DNA of 64,000 nucleotides from an uncultured Clostridia bacterium. GTDB lineage: Bacteria > Bacillota > Clostridia > TANB77 > CAG-508. Shown here in pieces: positions 1 to 8,093 of the stretch. The DNA is taken from positions 10,026 to 74,025 of the forward strand of contig CAMIVO010000001.1 in the NCBI GenBank assembly GCA_946401865.1, read 5' to 3'. Positions within the stretch are counted from its first letter, which is position 1; every line of letters starts with the position of its first letter. The translations under genes and the position numbers were made by a program. The notes below the pieces were generated by a model. That model was not told the origin of the DNA and made no database searches. It was given only the letters and a program-made list of their open reading frames with translations.

Positions 1-294
1 ACAAATCAAGGACTAAAATCAAAAGTGAACAATGTAATCCTTACTGGTCAGGGTATCACAAATATAAACAAAAGTGATGTAGCAGGAAAAATTGTACTAA
101 ATATTCCAGTAAAAATTTCTACAGGAAGAGCTGTTAGTACTGTAAAGCCAGAATACAGAACATGTTATGCATTAATAAGGTATATAGCATTAAGACCTTT
201 TGCAAAATCAGTATCTAGTAAAATAGATACAAATTCTAAAGAAAGTCTCTTGAAAAATTTACTATCAAGAGTTAAAGAGTTTTTTTATTCATAA
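1..294 (+). CDS. ftsA: FtsA cell-division protein, C-terminal fragment (5' end outside window)
   Basis: Frame 1 is open from base 1 to TAA 292-294. The tail (VILTGQG...NIPVKIS...KPEY) is FtsA-like and lies directly upstream of ftsZ, the conserved order. Confidence 0.6.
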   Translation, partial: TNQGLKSKVNNVILTGQGITNINKSDVAGKIVLNIPVKISTGRAVSTVKPEYRTCYALIRYIALRPFAKSVSSKIDTNSKESLLKNLLSRVKEFFYS

Positions 295-333
295 AATAAA
301 ATAGTTTTAAAAAAGAAAAGGAGTTTATAAATT

Positions 334-1476
334 ATGATGGAATATGAAGATAATAGTAATATAACAATGATGGATGGATCTGCTACAATAAAAGTTATAG
401 GAGTTGGAGGAGCAGGAAACAACGCAGTAAATAGAATGCTTGATTTAGGAATAAAATCAGTAGAATTTATTGCAGTAAATACAGATAGACAAGCTTTAGC
501 TAAATCAAAAGCTTCGACAAAAATCCAAATCGGGGAAAAAATTACAAGAGGATTGGGAGCTGGCGCTAACCCTGATATTGGTGCACAATCTGCAGAAGAA
601 AGTAAAACAGAGATTTCAGAAGTTCTTAGAGGAGCAGACATGGTATTTGTTACTTGCGGAATGGGTGGTGGTACTGGAACAGGTGCAGCACCTATAGTTG
701 CAGGTTTAGCAAAAGAAATGGGAATTTTAACAATTGGTGTTGTTACAAAACCATTTACATTTGAAGGAAAAAAACGTTTAGCACAAGCTGAGCGCGGAAT
801 AGAAGCTTTAAAATCAAAAGTAGATACATTAATAGTAATACCAAATGACAAATTACTTCAAATTATAGATAGAAAAACATCTATGGCCGAGGCATTCTTA
901 ATGGCAGATGATGTTTTAAGACAAGGTGTTCAAGGTATATCAGATTTAATTACTGTTACTGGAACAGTAAACCTAGATTTTGCTGATGTTAAAACAATAA
1001 TGTTAAATACTGGTATGGCACATATGGGTACTGGACGTGCATCAGGAGAAAATAAAGCAGAAGATGCAGCTAAAGAAGCTATTCAAAGTCCATTACTAGA
1101 AACATCTATAGAAGGTGCAAGAGGTGTTATTATAAATATAACAGGTGGAGAAGACTTAGGATTACAAGAAGTTAATACTGCAGCTGAATTAATTCAACGC
1201 AGTGTTGATCCAGAAGCAAATATAATATTTGGTACAGTAATTGATCCAAATATGAATGATGAAATAAAAATTACAGTTATTGCTACAGGATTTGAAGATC
1301 AAGATTCTTTAAAACCAGGTGGAATAGACAAAATAGGAGGACTTGGACTTGGTTCAACATCAAAACCATGGGAGAAGAAAGCTAGTTCAATTCCATCTAG
1401 TCAAGATTTAAATTCTTCTTCAAATGATTTAGACATACCATCATTTTTAAGAAAAAATAAATCAAAGAATATTTAA
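334..1476 (+). CDS. ftsZ: Cell division GTPase FtsZ
   Basis: 380 aa with tubulin signature [10 protein letters not shown] and N-terminal [13 protein letters not shown]; AAGGAG RBS upstream. Confidence 0.97.
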   Translation: MMEYEDNSNITMMDGSATIKVIGVGGAGNNAVNRMLDLGIKSVEFIAVNTDRQALAKSKASTKIQIGEKITRGLGAGANPDIGAQSAEESKTEISEVLRGADMVFVTCGMGGGTGTGAAPIVAGLAKEMGILTIGVVTKPFTFEGKKRLAQAERGIEALKSKVDTLIVIPNDKLLQIIDRKTSMAEAFLMADDVLRQGVQGISDLITVTGTVNLDFADVKTIMLNTGMAHMGTGRASGENKAEDAAKEAIQSPLLETSIEGARGVIINITGGEDLGLQEVNTAAELIQRSVDPEANIIFGTVIDPNMNDEIKITVIATGFEDQDSLKPGGIDKIGGLGLGSTSKPWEKKASSIPSSQDLNSSSNDLDIPSFLRKNKSKNI

Positions 1477-1482
1477 TAAAAA

Positions 1483-1516
1483 AACTCGAAAGTAGATTTT
1501 GCTTTCGAGTTTTTTG
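1483..1516. terminator. Rho-independent terminator after ftsZ (reads as a terminator on both strands)
   Basis: Stem AACTCGAAAG / CTTTCGAGTT, followed by a T-run on the plus strand and preceded by an A-run. Confidence 0.75.
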
Positions 1517-1527
1517 TATGGTTAACA

Positions 1528-1740
1528 CTATGTAGTTACAATTCACAACTTTTAAATTTGTTCAGTCCTGCTAGCGGGCAAAACTTTTTATTTTCTTCTC
1601 AGGTTATCCCACTGGGGCTGTAACAATGCTAATGCATTTAACAGCCCTCAGCGGTCCCCCCGAAAACCTTCGTTAAAAATAAAAAGTATCGCCCTGCGCG
1701 GACTTAATATTCTTTTTAGTTGTGAATTGTAGCACATACG
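1528..1740 (-). other. Long GC-enriched imperfect palindrome E1; candidate structured RNA (6S-like rod) or hairpin DNA element
   Basis: Arms 1528-1629 and 1634-1740 align as reverse complements in several blocks separated by internal loops; apex AATGC-taat-GCATT at 1625-1638. A promoter-like signal and a terminator bracket it on the minus strand. Confidence 0.35.
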
Positions 1741-1749
1741 AACAAAAAT

Positions 1750-1800
1750 TTTATATTTTTTAAAAAATCTATTGACAAATGAAAAAATATGATATATAAT
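1750..1800. promoter_or_regulatory. Overlapping divergent sigmaA-like promoters
   Basis: Plus strand: TTGACA 1772-1777, 17 nt, TATAAT 1795-1800 (serves ORF 1863). Minus strand: TTGTCA (rc of 1773-1778), 17 nt, TATAAA (rc of 1750-1755), pointing into E1. Confidence 0.5.
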
Positions 1801-1862
1801 CCTATTATCAAAAGCGAACAGCAATTCGCAAAACAATTGAACGTTATAAGGAGGATTATATT

Positions 1863-2381
1863 ATGTTAAAGTCAATATTTAAAAAAGAGAGAATAGAAGA
1901 AAAACTAGGAAAAAATGTAAAGCTTTTTGGAGAAGAGATCTCAGTAAAAATTATATATTCAAAAATTCAGAATCCAGAATTAAGTTTAGTAGGAAATGTT
2001 ATAAATGTATATCTTCCTAAAAAATACAAAAAGAATCAAAATTTAGAAATTGTTAAAATAGCATTAGATAAAATGTATGATGAAATTGCAAGAATAGAAA
2101 TTGAAAAAGCTATGGAAGAAACAAGAGTCATGCTAAAAGGTTTAGCTCCAGAAAACTATGAAATAAAAAGAATGCCAAATAAACTTGCAAAAATGACATG
2201 GAATCAAACTCTAATTATAAATCCAGAGATTGTAAAATATGATAGAACTATTTTAAAAAATGTTCTTATATATGAATTTTGTCATTTAAAATATAAAACA
2301 AATTGTAAAAGTTTGTATAATATGGTAAAAAAATACTCAGAAAATTTCGAAGAGTATAACTATATTTTGCAAGTAGCATAA
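1863..2381 (+). CDS. DUF45/YgjP-like (SprT-like) protein with degenerate metal motif
   Basis: 172 aa. The C-terminal YEFCHLKYKTNCKSLY aligns to the HExxH...H region of YgjP-type hydrolases, but the first His is Tyr. Confidence 0.45.
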   Translation: MLKSIFKKERIEEKLGKNVKLFGEEISVKIIYSKIQNPELSLVGNVINVYLPKKYKKNQNLEIVKIALDKMYDEIARIEIEKAMEETRVMLKGLAPENYEIKRMPNKLAKMTWNQTLIINPEIVKYDRTILKNVLIYEFCHLKYKTNCKSLYNMVKKYSENFEEYNYILQVA

Positions 2382-2522
2382 AAATCTCATAATGCTACAT
2401 ATGCTAGGTCTATACAAATATATATTAAATACAACATTTATTAAAAAATATTGAATAATTTTTGAATATATGATATAAAATATATAAACATATTATATGA
2501 GAAATATTGAGGAGGGAACAAA

Positions 2523-2697
2523 ATGAAAGAATTAGTTATGGAAGTAACAAATACATTACCTGATACTGCAACTTTTGATGATATTATTGAAGCTATATAT
2601 ATAAGGTTAAAAATAGAAAATGGAATAATAGATTCTCGGACAAAATGATGGTCTTACTTCAGAGGAACTATTAAAGGAGATTGAAAAATGGAATTAA
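2523..2697 (+). pseudogene. Small antitoxin (addiction-module component) interrupted at an in-frame CGG; +1 shift needed
   Basis: Strong RBS GAGGAGGG. The 41-aa ORF stops at 2646-2648. Skipping C2637 gives ...IENGIIDSGQNDGLTSEELLKEIEKWN*, whose stop overlaps the toxin start (ATGGAATTAA), typical TA coupling. Confidence 0.6.
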
Positions 2698-2996
2698 TTT
2701 GGACAAATCAATCTATTTTAGATTTGAAAGAGTTTCGAAATTATACTAAAATGTCAAATCCAAATGTTTATATTTCAAGTTTAATCAAAAGTGTGGATTT
2801 ATTAGTTGAACAACCACATCTTGGTAAAATTTATTCATATATAAAAGGTGTAATAGTAAGACAATTAATACATGAACAACATAGAGTTTTTTATTATATA
2901 AAAGATAATAAAATTTTTATTATAGCAGTTATACATCATCGTCAAAACATACAAGAAAAATATAGATATATAAAAAAATACTTTGATAATAATTAA
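2688..2996 (+). CDS. ParE/RelE-superfamily toxin (type II TA)
   Basis: 102 aa. Size, the W-T-x-Q N-terminus, the HLG...R motif pattern and its position behind a small antitoxin ORF all fit. Confidence 0.7.
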   Translation: MELIWTNQSILDLKEFRNYTKMSNPNVYISSLIKSVDLLVEQPHLGKIYSYIKGVIVRQLIHEQHRVFYYIKDNKIFIIAVIHHRQNIQEKYRYIKKYFDNN

Positions 2997-3010
2997 TATT
3001 GTCTTAATAA

Positions 3011-3056
3011 AAAATCTCATATATGTGTTTTATTTCACACATATATGAGATTTTTT
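3011..3056. terminator. Bidirectional terminator between the toxin gene and porB
   Basis: 13-bp stem TCTCATATATGTG / CACATATATGAGA flanked by an A-run and a T-run. Confidence 0.75.
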
Positions 3057-3057
3057 A

Positions 3058-4017
3058 TTATTCTTTGTTACTCATTTCTTCTAATGCAAGTAAATCATTC
3101 CAACGTCTATCAACTTCTTTTTGGAATTCTTCTATCATCCATTCATTTCCTTCCTTAAACATATGTCTGAATCTTTTTTGAGGTTTTAAAAATTCTTCTA
3201 TAGGAAGTTTCTTTGCTGGTTTATAAGTTATTTTATACTTACCATCAACTACTTCATATAAAGGCCAGTAACAGGTTTGAACAGCTAGTTTATTTATTTC
3301 CATTAAATCTTCTGTTGGATAGCCCCAACCACGTGGACATGGAGAAAATACATTTAAAAATGTTGGACCATCTGTGTATATAGCTTTTTCAGCTTTTTCA
3401 TATAAATCTCTAAAGTCCATAAAAGCAATTGTTTGTGCAGCATAAGGAATATGATGAGAAACTAATATTTCTGTTAAATCTTTTCTAGATTGCATTTTTC
3501 CTGGAATTACTTTTCCAGCAGGAGAAGTAGTAGTATCTGCAAATCTTGGAGTAGCAGAAGAACGTTGAATACCAGTATTCATATAGGCTCCATTATCATA
3601 ACATACATAAGTTAAGTTATGACCTCTTTCCATTGCTCCAGATAATGCTTGTATACCTATATCATATGTTCCACCATCTCCACCAAATGCGATAAATTTA
3701 GTGTGTTCGTCTTCTTTTTCATCAAGTTTACCTTGCTTTTTCAAACTTTTATATGCAGCTTCTACTCCAGATAGGGTAGAACCGGCACATTCAAATGCTG
3801 TATGAATAAATGAATCTGTCCAAGCTGTATATGGATATGTAAAAGTAGAAACTTCCATACATCCCGTTGCATTTGCAATTACAGCATGATCTTCTTCTTT
3901 TAATGCTCTTAAAATATGTCTTGCAACAACTGGTGCACCACAACCAGCACACATTCTATGTCCTTCTGAGAAACGAGAAGGTTTGTTAGCTATTATTTCT
4001 TTCATATTATATGCCAT
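3058..4017 (-). CDS. porB: 2-oxoacid(pyruvate):ferredoxin oxidoreductase beta subunit (TPP-binding)
   Basis: 319 aa with the GDGG TPP motif and CxGCG N-terminus; last gene of a gamma-delta-alpha-beta operon. Confidence 0.9.
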   Translation of the reverse strand: MAYNMKEIIANKPSRFSEGHRMCAGCGAPVVARHILRALKEEDHAVIANATGCMEVSTFTYPYTAWTDSFIHTAFECAGSTLSGVEAAYKSLKKQGKLDEKEDEHTKFIAFGGDGGTYDIGIQALSGAMERGHNLTYVCYDNGAYMNTGIQRSSATPRFADTTTSPAGKVIPGKMQSRKDLTEILVSHHIPYAAQTIAFMDFRDLYEKAEKAIYTDGPTFLNVFSPCPRGWGYPTEDLMEINKLAVQTCYWPLYEVVDGKYKITYKPAKKLPIEEFLKPQKRFRHMFKEGNEWMIEEFQKEVDRRWNDLLALEEMSNKE

Positions 4018-4018
4018 A

Positions 4019-5212
4019 TTATTTTCCCTCCTTTGTTCTTAATCCTAAATATCTATATGGATTACCAATATTTCCAGTTTTGGCAATTTCTGCTAAATCA
4101 GTGTAAACAGATTCTATATCAGTTGATGGGACATCTCTACCACCAATACCATAAACATAATTAACAGTAGGAACATTAATATTGTTTACAAACATTCCAG
4201 AAGTTACATCTGTAAATAATGCGCCTCCGGCTGCATTTAATGAATCAGATTTATCAAGAACAGCAACAGCTTTACATTTAGATAAAGCCTTTGCAATTTC
4301 TTCTGCAGGGAATGGTCTATAAACTCTAACTTTAAGTAGACCTGCTTTAATTCCTTTTTCTCTTAATCTATCTACTGTATATTTTGCAGTACCAGCAGTT
4401 GAGTTCATACAAACTATTGCAAGTTCGCTATCCGCTAGTTTATATTCTTCAAATAAGCCATAATGTCTACCAGTCCATGCTTCAAAATCTTTTGCAGTAT
4501 CTAATATTACTTGTTTTGCATTTTTCATTGCTTTAGCTTGTTGTGCCTTATGTTCAAATAAATATGCTTGTAAATCAAGAGGTCCAACAGCTATAGGCTC
4601 TTTTCTATTTAATAAATAATGTTCTGGTTTATATGTTCCAACAAATTTTTTTACTTCACTATCTTCTTCTAGCATAATGTTTTCAATTGAATGTGATGTA
4701 ATAAATCCATCTTGACATACCATTAAAGGTAACATTACATCTTTATGTTCTGCAATTCTATGTGCCATAAGTAGGTTATCATATGCCTCTTGGTTATTTT
4801 CTGAAAATAGCATAATCCAACCACTATCACGAACTCCCATAGCATCTGAATGATCATTATGTATGTTTAAAGGTCCTGAAACAGCACGATTTACTAAACT
4901 CATAACTATTGGAAGTCTTAAACTTGATGCAATATAAATCATTTCCCACATTAAAGATAAACCATTTGCAGATGTAGCTGTCATAGCCCTAGCTCCTGCC
5001 GCTTCTGCACCAATACAAGCTGACATTGCACTATGTTCAGATTCAACAGCAACAAATTCTGTATCAACTGCACCATTTGCAACAAATGTTGAAAAATATT
5101 GAGGAATTTCAGTTGATGGAGTGATAGGAAAGGCAGCTACAACATCAGGGTTAATTTGTCTCATAGCAAAGGCGGATGCCTCATTACCACTTAATCTTTC
5201 TCTTATACTCAT
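4019..5212 (-). CDS. porA: 2-oxoacid(pyruvate):ferredoxin oxidoreductase alpha subunit
   Basis: Track ORF 4019-5257. I place the start at MSIRERLSGNEA (5212), 2 nt after the porD stop. The N-terminus is typical of a POR alpha subunit. Confidence 0.88.
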   Translation of the reverse strand: MSIRERLSGNEASAFAMRQINPDVVAAFPITPSTEIPQYFSTFVANGAVDTEFVAVESEHSAMSACIGAEAAGARAMTATSANGLSLMWEMIYIASSLRLPIVMSLVNRAVSGPLNIHNDHSDAMGVRDSGWIMLFSENNQEAYDNLLMAHRIAEHKDVMLPLMVCQDGFITSHSIENIMLEEDSEVKKFVGTYKPEHYLLNRKEPIAVGPLDLQAYLFEHKAQQAKAMKNAKQVILDTAKDFEAWTGRHYGLFEEYKLADSELAIVCMNSTAGTAKYTVDRLREKGIKAGLLKVRVYRPFPAEEIAKALSKCKAVAVLDKSDSLNAAGGALFTDVTSGMFVNNINVPTVNYVYGIGGRDVPSTDIESVYTDLAEIAKTGNIGNPYRYLGLRTKEGK

Positions 5213-5214
5213 AC

Positions 5215-5511
5215 TTAAACACCTTCTTCCTTCATTTCGATAGCTTTGAAAGGACAAACTTTAGCACAAACTCCACATCCTTTACAATAATCAAAATTAA
5301 AATCTTCTCTTTTCATTTCTTTGTTTACTGGAATAGCATTTTCAGGACAAACAGGGAAGCAAAGGCCACATTGTTTACATTTTTCTTCTATATAAACAGG
5401 TTTCATACTTCTCCAATCACCGGTTTTGAATTCTTTACTATTACCAGATGTATAAATATTTCCACCAATGGTAAGCTCTTCCATAGGGGTATTTTTATTT
5501 ATTTCTGTCAT
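5215..5511 (-). CDS. porD: 2-oxoacid:ferredoxin oxidoreductase delta subunit (2x[4Fe-4S] ferredoxin)
   Basis: 98 aa with two Cys clusters, CKQCGLCFPVCP and CKGCGVCAKVCP. Confidence 0.9.
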   Translation of the reverse strand: MTEINKNTPMEELTIGGNIYTSGNSKEFKTGDWRSMKPVYIEEKCKQCGLCFPVCPENAIPVNKEMKREDFNFDYCKGCGVCAKVCPFKAIEMKEEGV

Positions 5512-5540
5512 AATATTTTAACTCCTTTCTTATTTTCTAT

Positions 5541-6119
5541 TTAAATAGATTTTACCTCATTTAATGCCATTTTTATTGCATTCATGTTTCCTTCAATTAC
5601 TTCAGGCTTTTTAGCAAATTTATGTTTAAAAGATCCCTCCATATCTTGAATAAATGCTTCATCTGACATTATACCTGTAACTTTAACAATTGCTGCAAGC
5701 ATAGGTGTATTTGGGAAGTATTTTCCTAAACAATCCATAGATACTTTTCTTGCATCTATTGTGTAAATTTTTCCTTCATATCCTTTTAATACAGATTTTA
5801 AGTATTCTGCTGATTTGGTTGTGTTAATTACAATAGCACCATTTGTTTTTAAACCTGCTGTGACATTAACAGATTCTAAAAGTGTGTCATCAACTACAAC
5901 TACATAATCTGGTTCATAAATATTACTGTGAACTGTAATAGGTGTATCACTTATTCTGTTATAAGCAGTAATTGGAGCACCCATTCTTTCTGGACCATAT
6001 TCTGGAAAGCCTTGAATGTATTTTCCTGTGTTAAAAGCAGCATCTGCTAACAAAAGTGAAGCTGTTTTAGCACCTTGGCCACCACGTCCATGCCATCTAA
6101 TTTCAATTAGGTTATCCAT
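5541..6119 (-). CDS. porC: 2-oxoacid:ferredoxin oxidoreductase gamma subunit
   Basis: 192 aa with an IRWHGRGGQGAKT N-terminus typical of gamma subunits; GGAGG RBS. Confidence 0.9.
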   Translation of the reverse strand: MDNLIEIRWHGRGGQGAKTASLLLADAAFNTGKYIQGFPEYGPERMGAPITAYNRISDTPITVHSNIYEPDYVVVVDDTLLESVNVTAGLKTNGAIVINTTKSAEYLKSVLKGYEGKIYTIDARKVSMDCLGKYFPNTPMLAAIVKVTGIMSDEAFIQDMEGSFKHKFAKKPEVIEGNMNAIKMALNEVKSI

Positions 6120-6151
6120 TTATTTTACCTCCTATATAATATTATAATTGA

Positions 6152-6180
6152 AGTATATTATTTATTATAAAAAAAGTCAA
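6152..6180 (-). promoter_or_regulatory. SigmaA-type promoter of the por operon
   Basis: Minus strand: TTGACT (rc 6175-6180), 17 nt, TATACT (rc 6152-6157); about 30 nt upstream of the GGAGG RBS. Confidence 0.6.
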
Positions 6181-6192
6181 GAGATACTTCCC

Positions 6193-6231
6193 AAGATTTT
6201 GGGGAAGATTTTGGGGACACATCCCAAAATC
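6193..6231. repeat. Tandem AAGATTTTGGGG x2 plus inverted partner CCCAAAATC
   Basis: Direct copies at 6193-6204 and 6205-6216. GATTTTGGGGA-cacat-CCCAAAATC forms a dyad at 6207-6231. Confidence 0.8.
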
Positions 6232-6240
6232 ATGGAAAAG

Positions 6241-6291
6241 AGAACCGTCCCAATTTCCAGTCCCAATTTCCAGAACCGTCCCAATTTCCAA
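6241..6291. repeat. Three direct copies of TCCCAATTTCCA (two with an AGAACCG/AACCG prefix)
   Basis: Copies at 6248-6260, 6261-6273 and 6279-6291, between the divergent por and ispG promoters. Confidence 0.85.
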
Positions 6292-6318
6292 CTTTTTTGA
6301 GAAATTAAAAGATTTGTC

Positions 6319-6347
6319 TTGAGTTAAAGCAAAATTTATGGTATAGT
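6319..6347 (+). promoter_or_regulatory. SigmaA-type promoter of ispG
   Basis: TTGAGT 6319-6324, 17 nt, TATAGT 6342-6347, with a TGG extended -10. Confidence 0.55.
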
Positions 6348-6370
6348 GTAAAAAAATAAGGAGTAAGATT

Positions 6371-7435
6371 ATGATAAATAGAACTAATACAAGAACTATA
6401 AAAGTAGGAAATATTGAAATAGGTGGAAATAACAATGTAATTATTCAATCTATGTGTAACACAAAAACAAAAAATGTAGAAGATACAGTAAATCAAATAT
6501 TAAAACTAGAAAATGCCGGATGTGAAATGATTAGAGTTGCATGTTTAGATGAGGAAGATGCTAAAGCCATAAAGCAAATTAAAGAAAAAATACATATTCC
6601 TATAGTTGCAGATATTCATTTTGATTATAAAATAGCATTAACAGCAATTGAAGCTGGTGTAGATAAAATAAGAATAAATCCCGGAAATATTGGATCAAAA
6701 GAACGTACTAAAGCTGTAGTTGAAGCATGTAAAGAAAAACATATTCCAATAAGAATTGGAGTAAATGGAGGTTCTTTAGAAAAAGATTTATTAAATAAAT
6801 ATGGAAAACCATGTGCAGAAGCAATGATAGAAAGTGCCAAAAATCATATAAAAATATTAGAAGAACTTGACTTTTATGATACATGTATTTCTTTAAAAGC
6901 ATCTAATCTTGATTTATGTATTAAAGCATATGAAATGGCAGCAAATACATTCAATTATCCGCTTCATTTAGGAATAACTGAAGCAGGAACCGCATTTTCA
7001 GGAACAATAAAATCAAGTATAGGGTTAGGTGTATTATTAAGACAAGGAATAGGAAATACAATAAGAGTATCTTTATCAGATGATCCAATAGAAGAAATAA
7101 AAGTTGCAAAAGAAATCTTAAAAGATTGTGGACTATACAAAAAAAGCCCTACACTTGTTGCATGTCCTACTTGCGGAAGAACTGGGTATGATATGATTCC
7201 AATTGCAAAAGAAATGGAAAACTTTTTACAAACACTTGAAAGTGATATAACTGTTGCAGTTATGGGGTGCGTGGTTAATGGACCAGGAGAAGCATCAAAT
7301 GCAGATATAGGTATAGCTGGAGGAAAAGATGAAGCGGTTTTATTTAAAAAAGGAAAAGTTATAAGGAAAATACCACAAGAGCGTATTTTAACAGAACTTA
7401 AACAAGAAATATTAGAAATGATAAAAAAGGATTAA
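6371..7435 (+). CDS. ispG: 4-hydroxy-3-methylbut-2-en-1-yl diphosphate synthase (IspG/GcpE)
   Basis: 354 aa. Shows VIIQSMCNT, the [11 protein letters not shown]-barrel part and the C-terminal CPTCGR...GCVVNGPGE cluster motif. Confidence 0.95.
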   Translation: MINRTNTRTIKVGNIEIGGNNNVIIQSMCNTKTKNVEDTVNQILKLENAGCEMIRVACLDEEDAKAIKQIKEKIHIPIVADIHFDYKIALTAIEAGVDKIRINPGNIGSKERTKAVVEACKEKHIPIRIGVNGGSLEKDLLNKYGKPCAEAMIESAKNHIKILEELDFYDTCISLKASNLDLCIKAYEMAANTFNYPLHLGITEAGTAFSGTIKSSIGLGVLLRQGIGNTIRVSLSDDPIEEIKVAKEILKDCGLYKKSPTLVACPTCGRTGYDMIPIAKEMENFLQTLESDITVAVMGCVVNGPGEASNADIGIAGGKDEAVLFKKGKVIRKIPQERILTELKQEILEMIKKD

Positions 7436-7443
7436 GAATAAGT

Positions 7444-8073
7444 ATGAAAATTATATATGGAACAACAAACTTGAAGAAAAAGCAACAAGTAGAAGATTTC
7501 TTTAAGGCAACTGGTATCACAAATCTTGAACTAATTTCATCCAAAGATATTGGCTTTTTTGAAGAAATAATTGAAGATGGTAAAACCTTTGAAGAAAACT
7601 CTTTAATTAAAGCAAAAGCAATAAAAAAATTTTGTGATAAAAACAAAATAGAAGGAATAGTAGTTACAGATGATACTGGGTTATGTGTAGATTGCTTAAA
7701 TGGTGAGCCTGGAATATATAGTGCAAGATATGTAAGTAAGAAAGAACACCCAAATGATCATCAAGAAGCTTCTATAAAAAAATTATTAGAAAACATAGAA
7801 AAAACCGGGGATAAAGAAAGAAAAGCAAAATTTGTATGTGTATTAACTGCAATTATGCAAAATGGAGATATAAAACAAGTAAGAGGAGAAACTTTAGGAA
7901 CAATAGCTAAGACTCCAGGACCTATGGGAAAATTAACTTATGGTCCAGTTTTCATTCCAGAAGGTTTTAATAAATGTATGAATGAGCTTAGAGACGACGA
8001 ATTAGGTACAACTCATCGTGAGAAAGCATTTCTAGAACTATTAAAAATTCTTCAAAACACTAACAATGCTTAA
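7444..8073 (+). CDS. rdgB: Non-canonical purine NTP pyrophosphatase (RdgB/HAM1 family)
   Basis: 209 aa with TDDTGLCVDCLNGEPGIYSARY and a THREKAF motif. Confidence 0.85.
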   Translation: MKIIYGTTNLKKKQQVEDFFKATGITNLELISSKDIGFFEEIIEDGKTFEENSLIKAKAIKKFCDKNKIEGIVVTDDTGLCVDCLNGEPGIYSARYVSKKEHPNDHQEASIKKLLENIEKTGDKERKAKFVCVLTAIMQNGDIKQVRGETLGTIAKTPGPMGKLTYGPVFIPEGFNKCMNELRDDELGTTHREKAFLELLKILQNTNNA

Positions 8074-8093
8074 ATTGAAAAGGAGTATATTAA

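Noticed and set aside
285-851. 188-aa minus-strand ORF overlapping ftsZ
   Set aside because: It is antisense to an unambiguous FtsZ coding sequence. Its Pro/Ala/Ile-rich translation mirrors the Gly-rich FtsZ codons, and it has no RBS.
1648-1836. 62-aa minus-strand ORF across palindrome E1 and the promoter region
   Set aside because: It runs through a structured GC-rich hairpin and a promoter. It has no RBS and no protein-like features; the region is better explained as a noncoding element.
5176-5544. 122-aa plus-strand ORF
   Set aside because: It is antisense to porD and the 5' end of porA, with low-complexity Phe-rich sequence typical of antisense AT-rich coding DNA.
6193-6291. CRISPR-like array
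   Set aside because: The repeats are only 12-20 nt, directly abutting or separated by a few nt, with at most three copies and no spacers or cas genes.
6142-6496. Two minus-strand ORFs (97 and 63 aa) in the por-ispG intergenic region
   Set aside because: They span the tandem repeats, both promoters and the ispG 5' end. Their periodic sequence simply reflects the DNA repeats.
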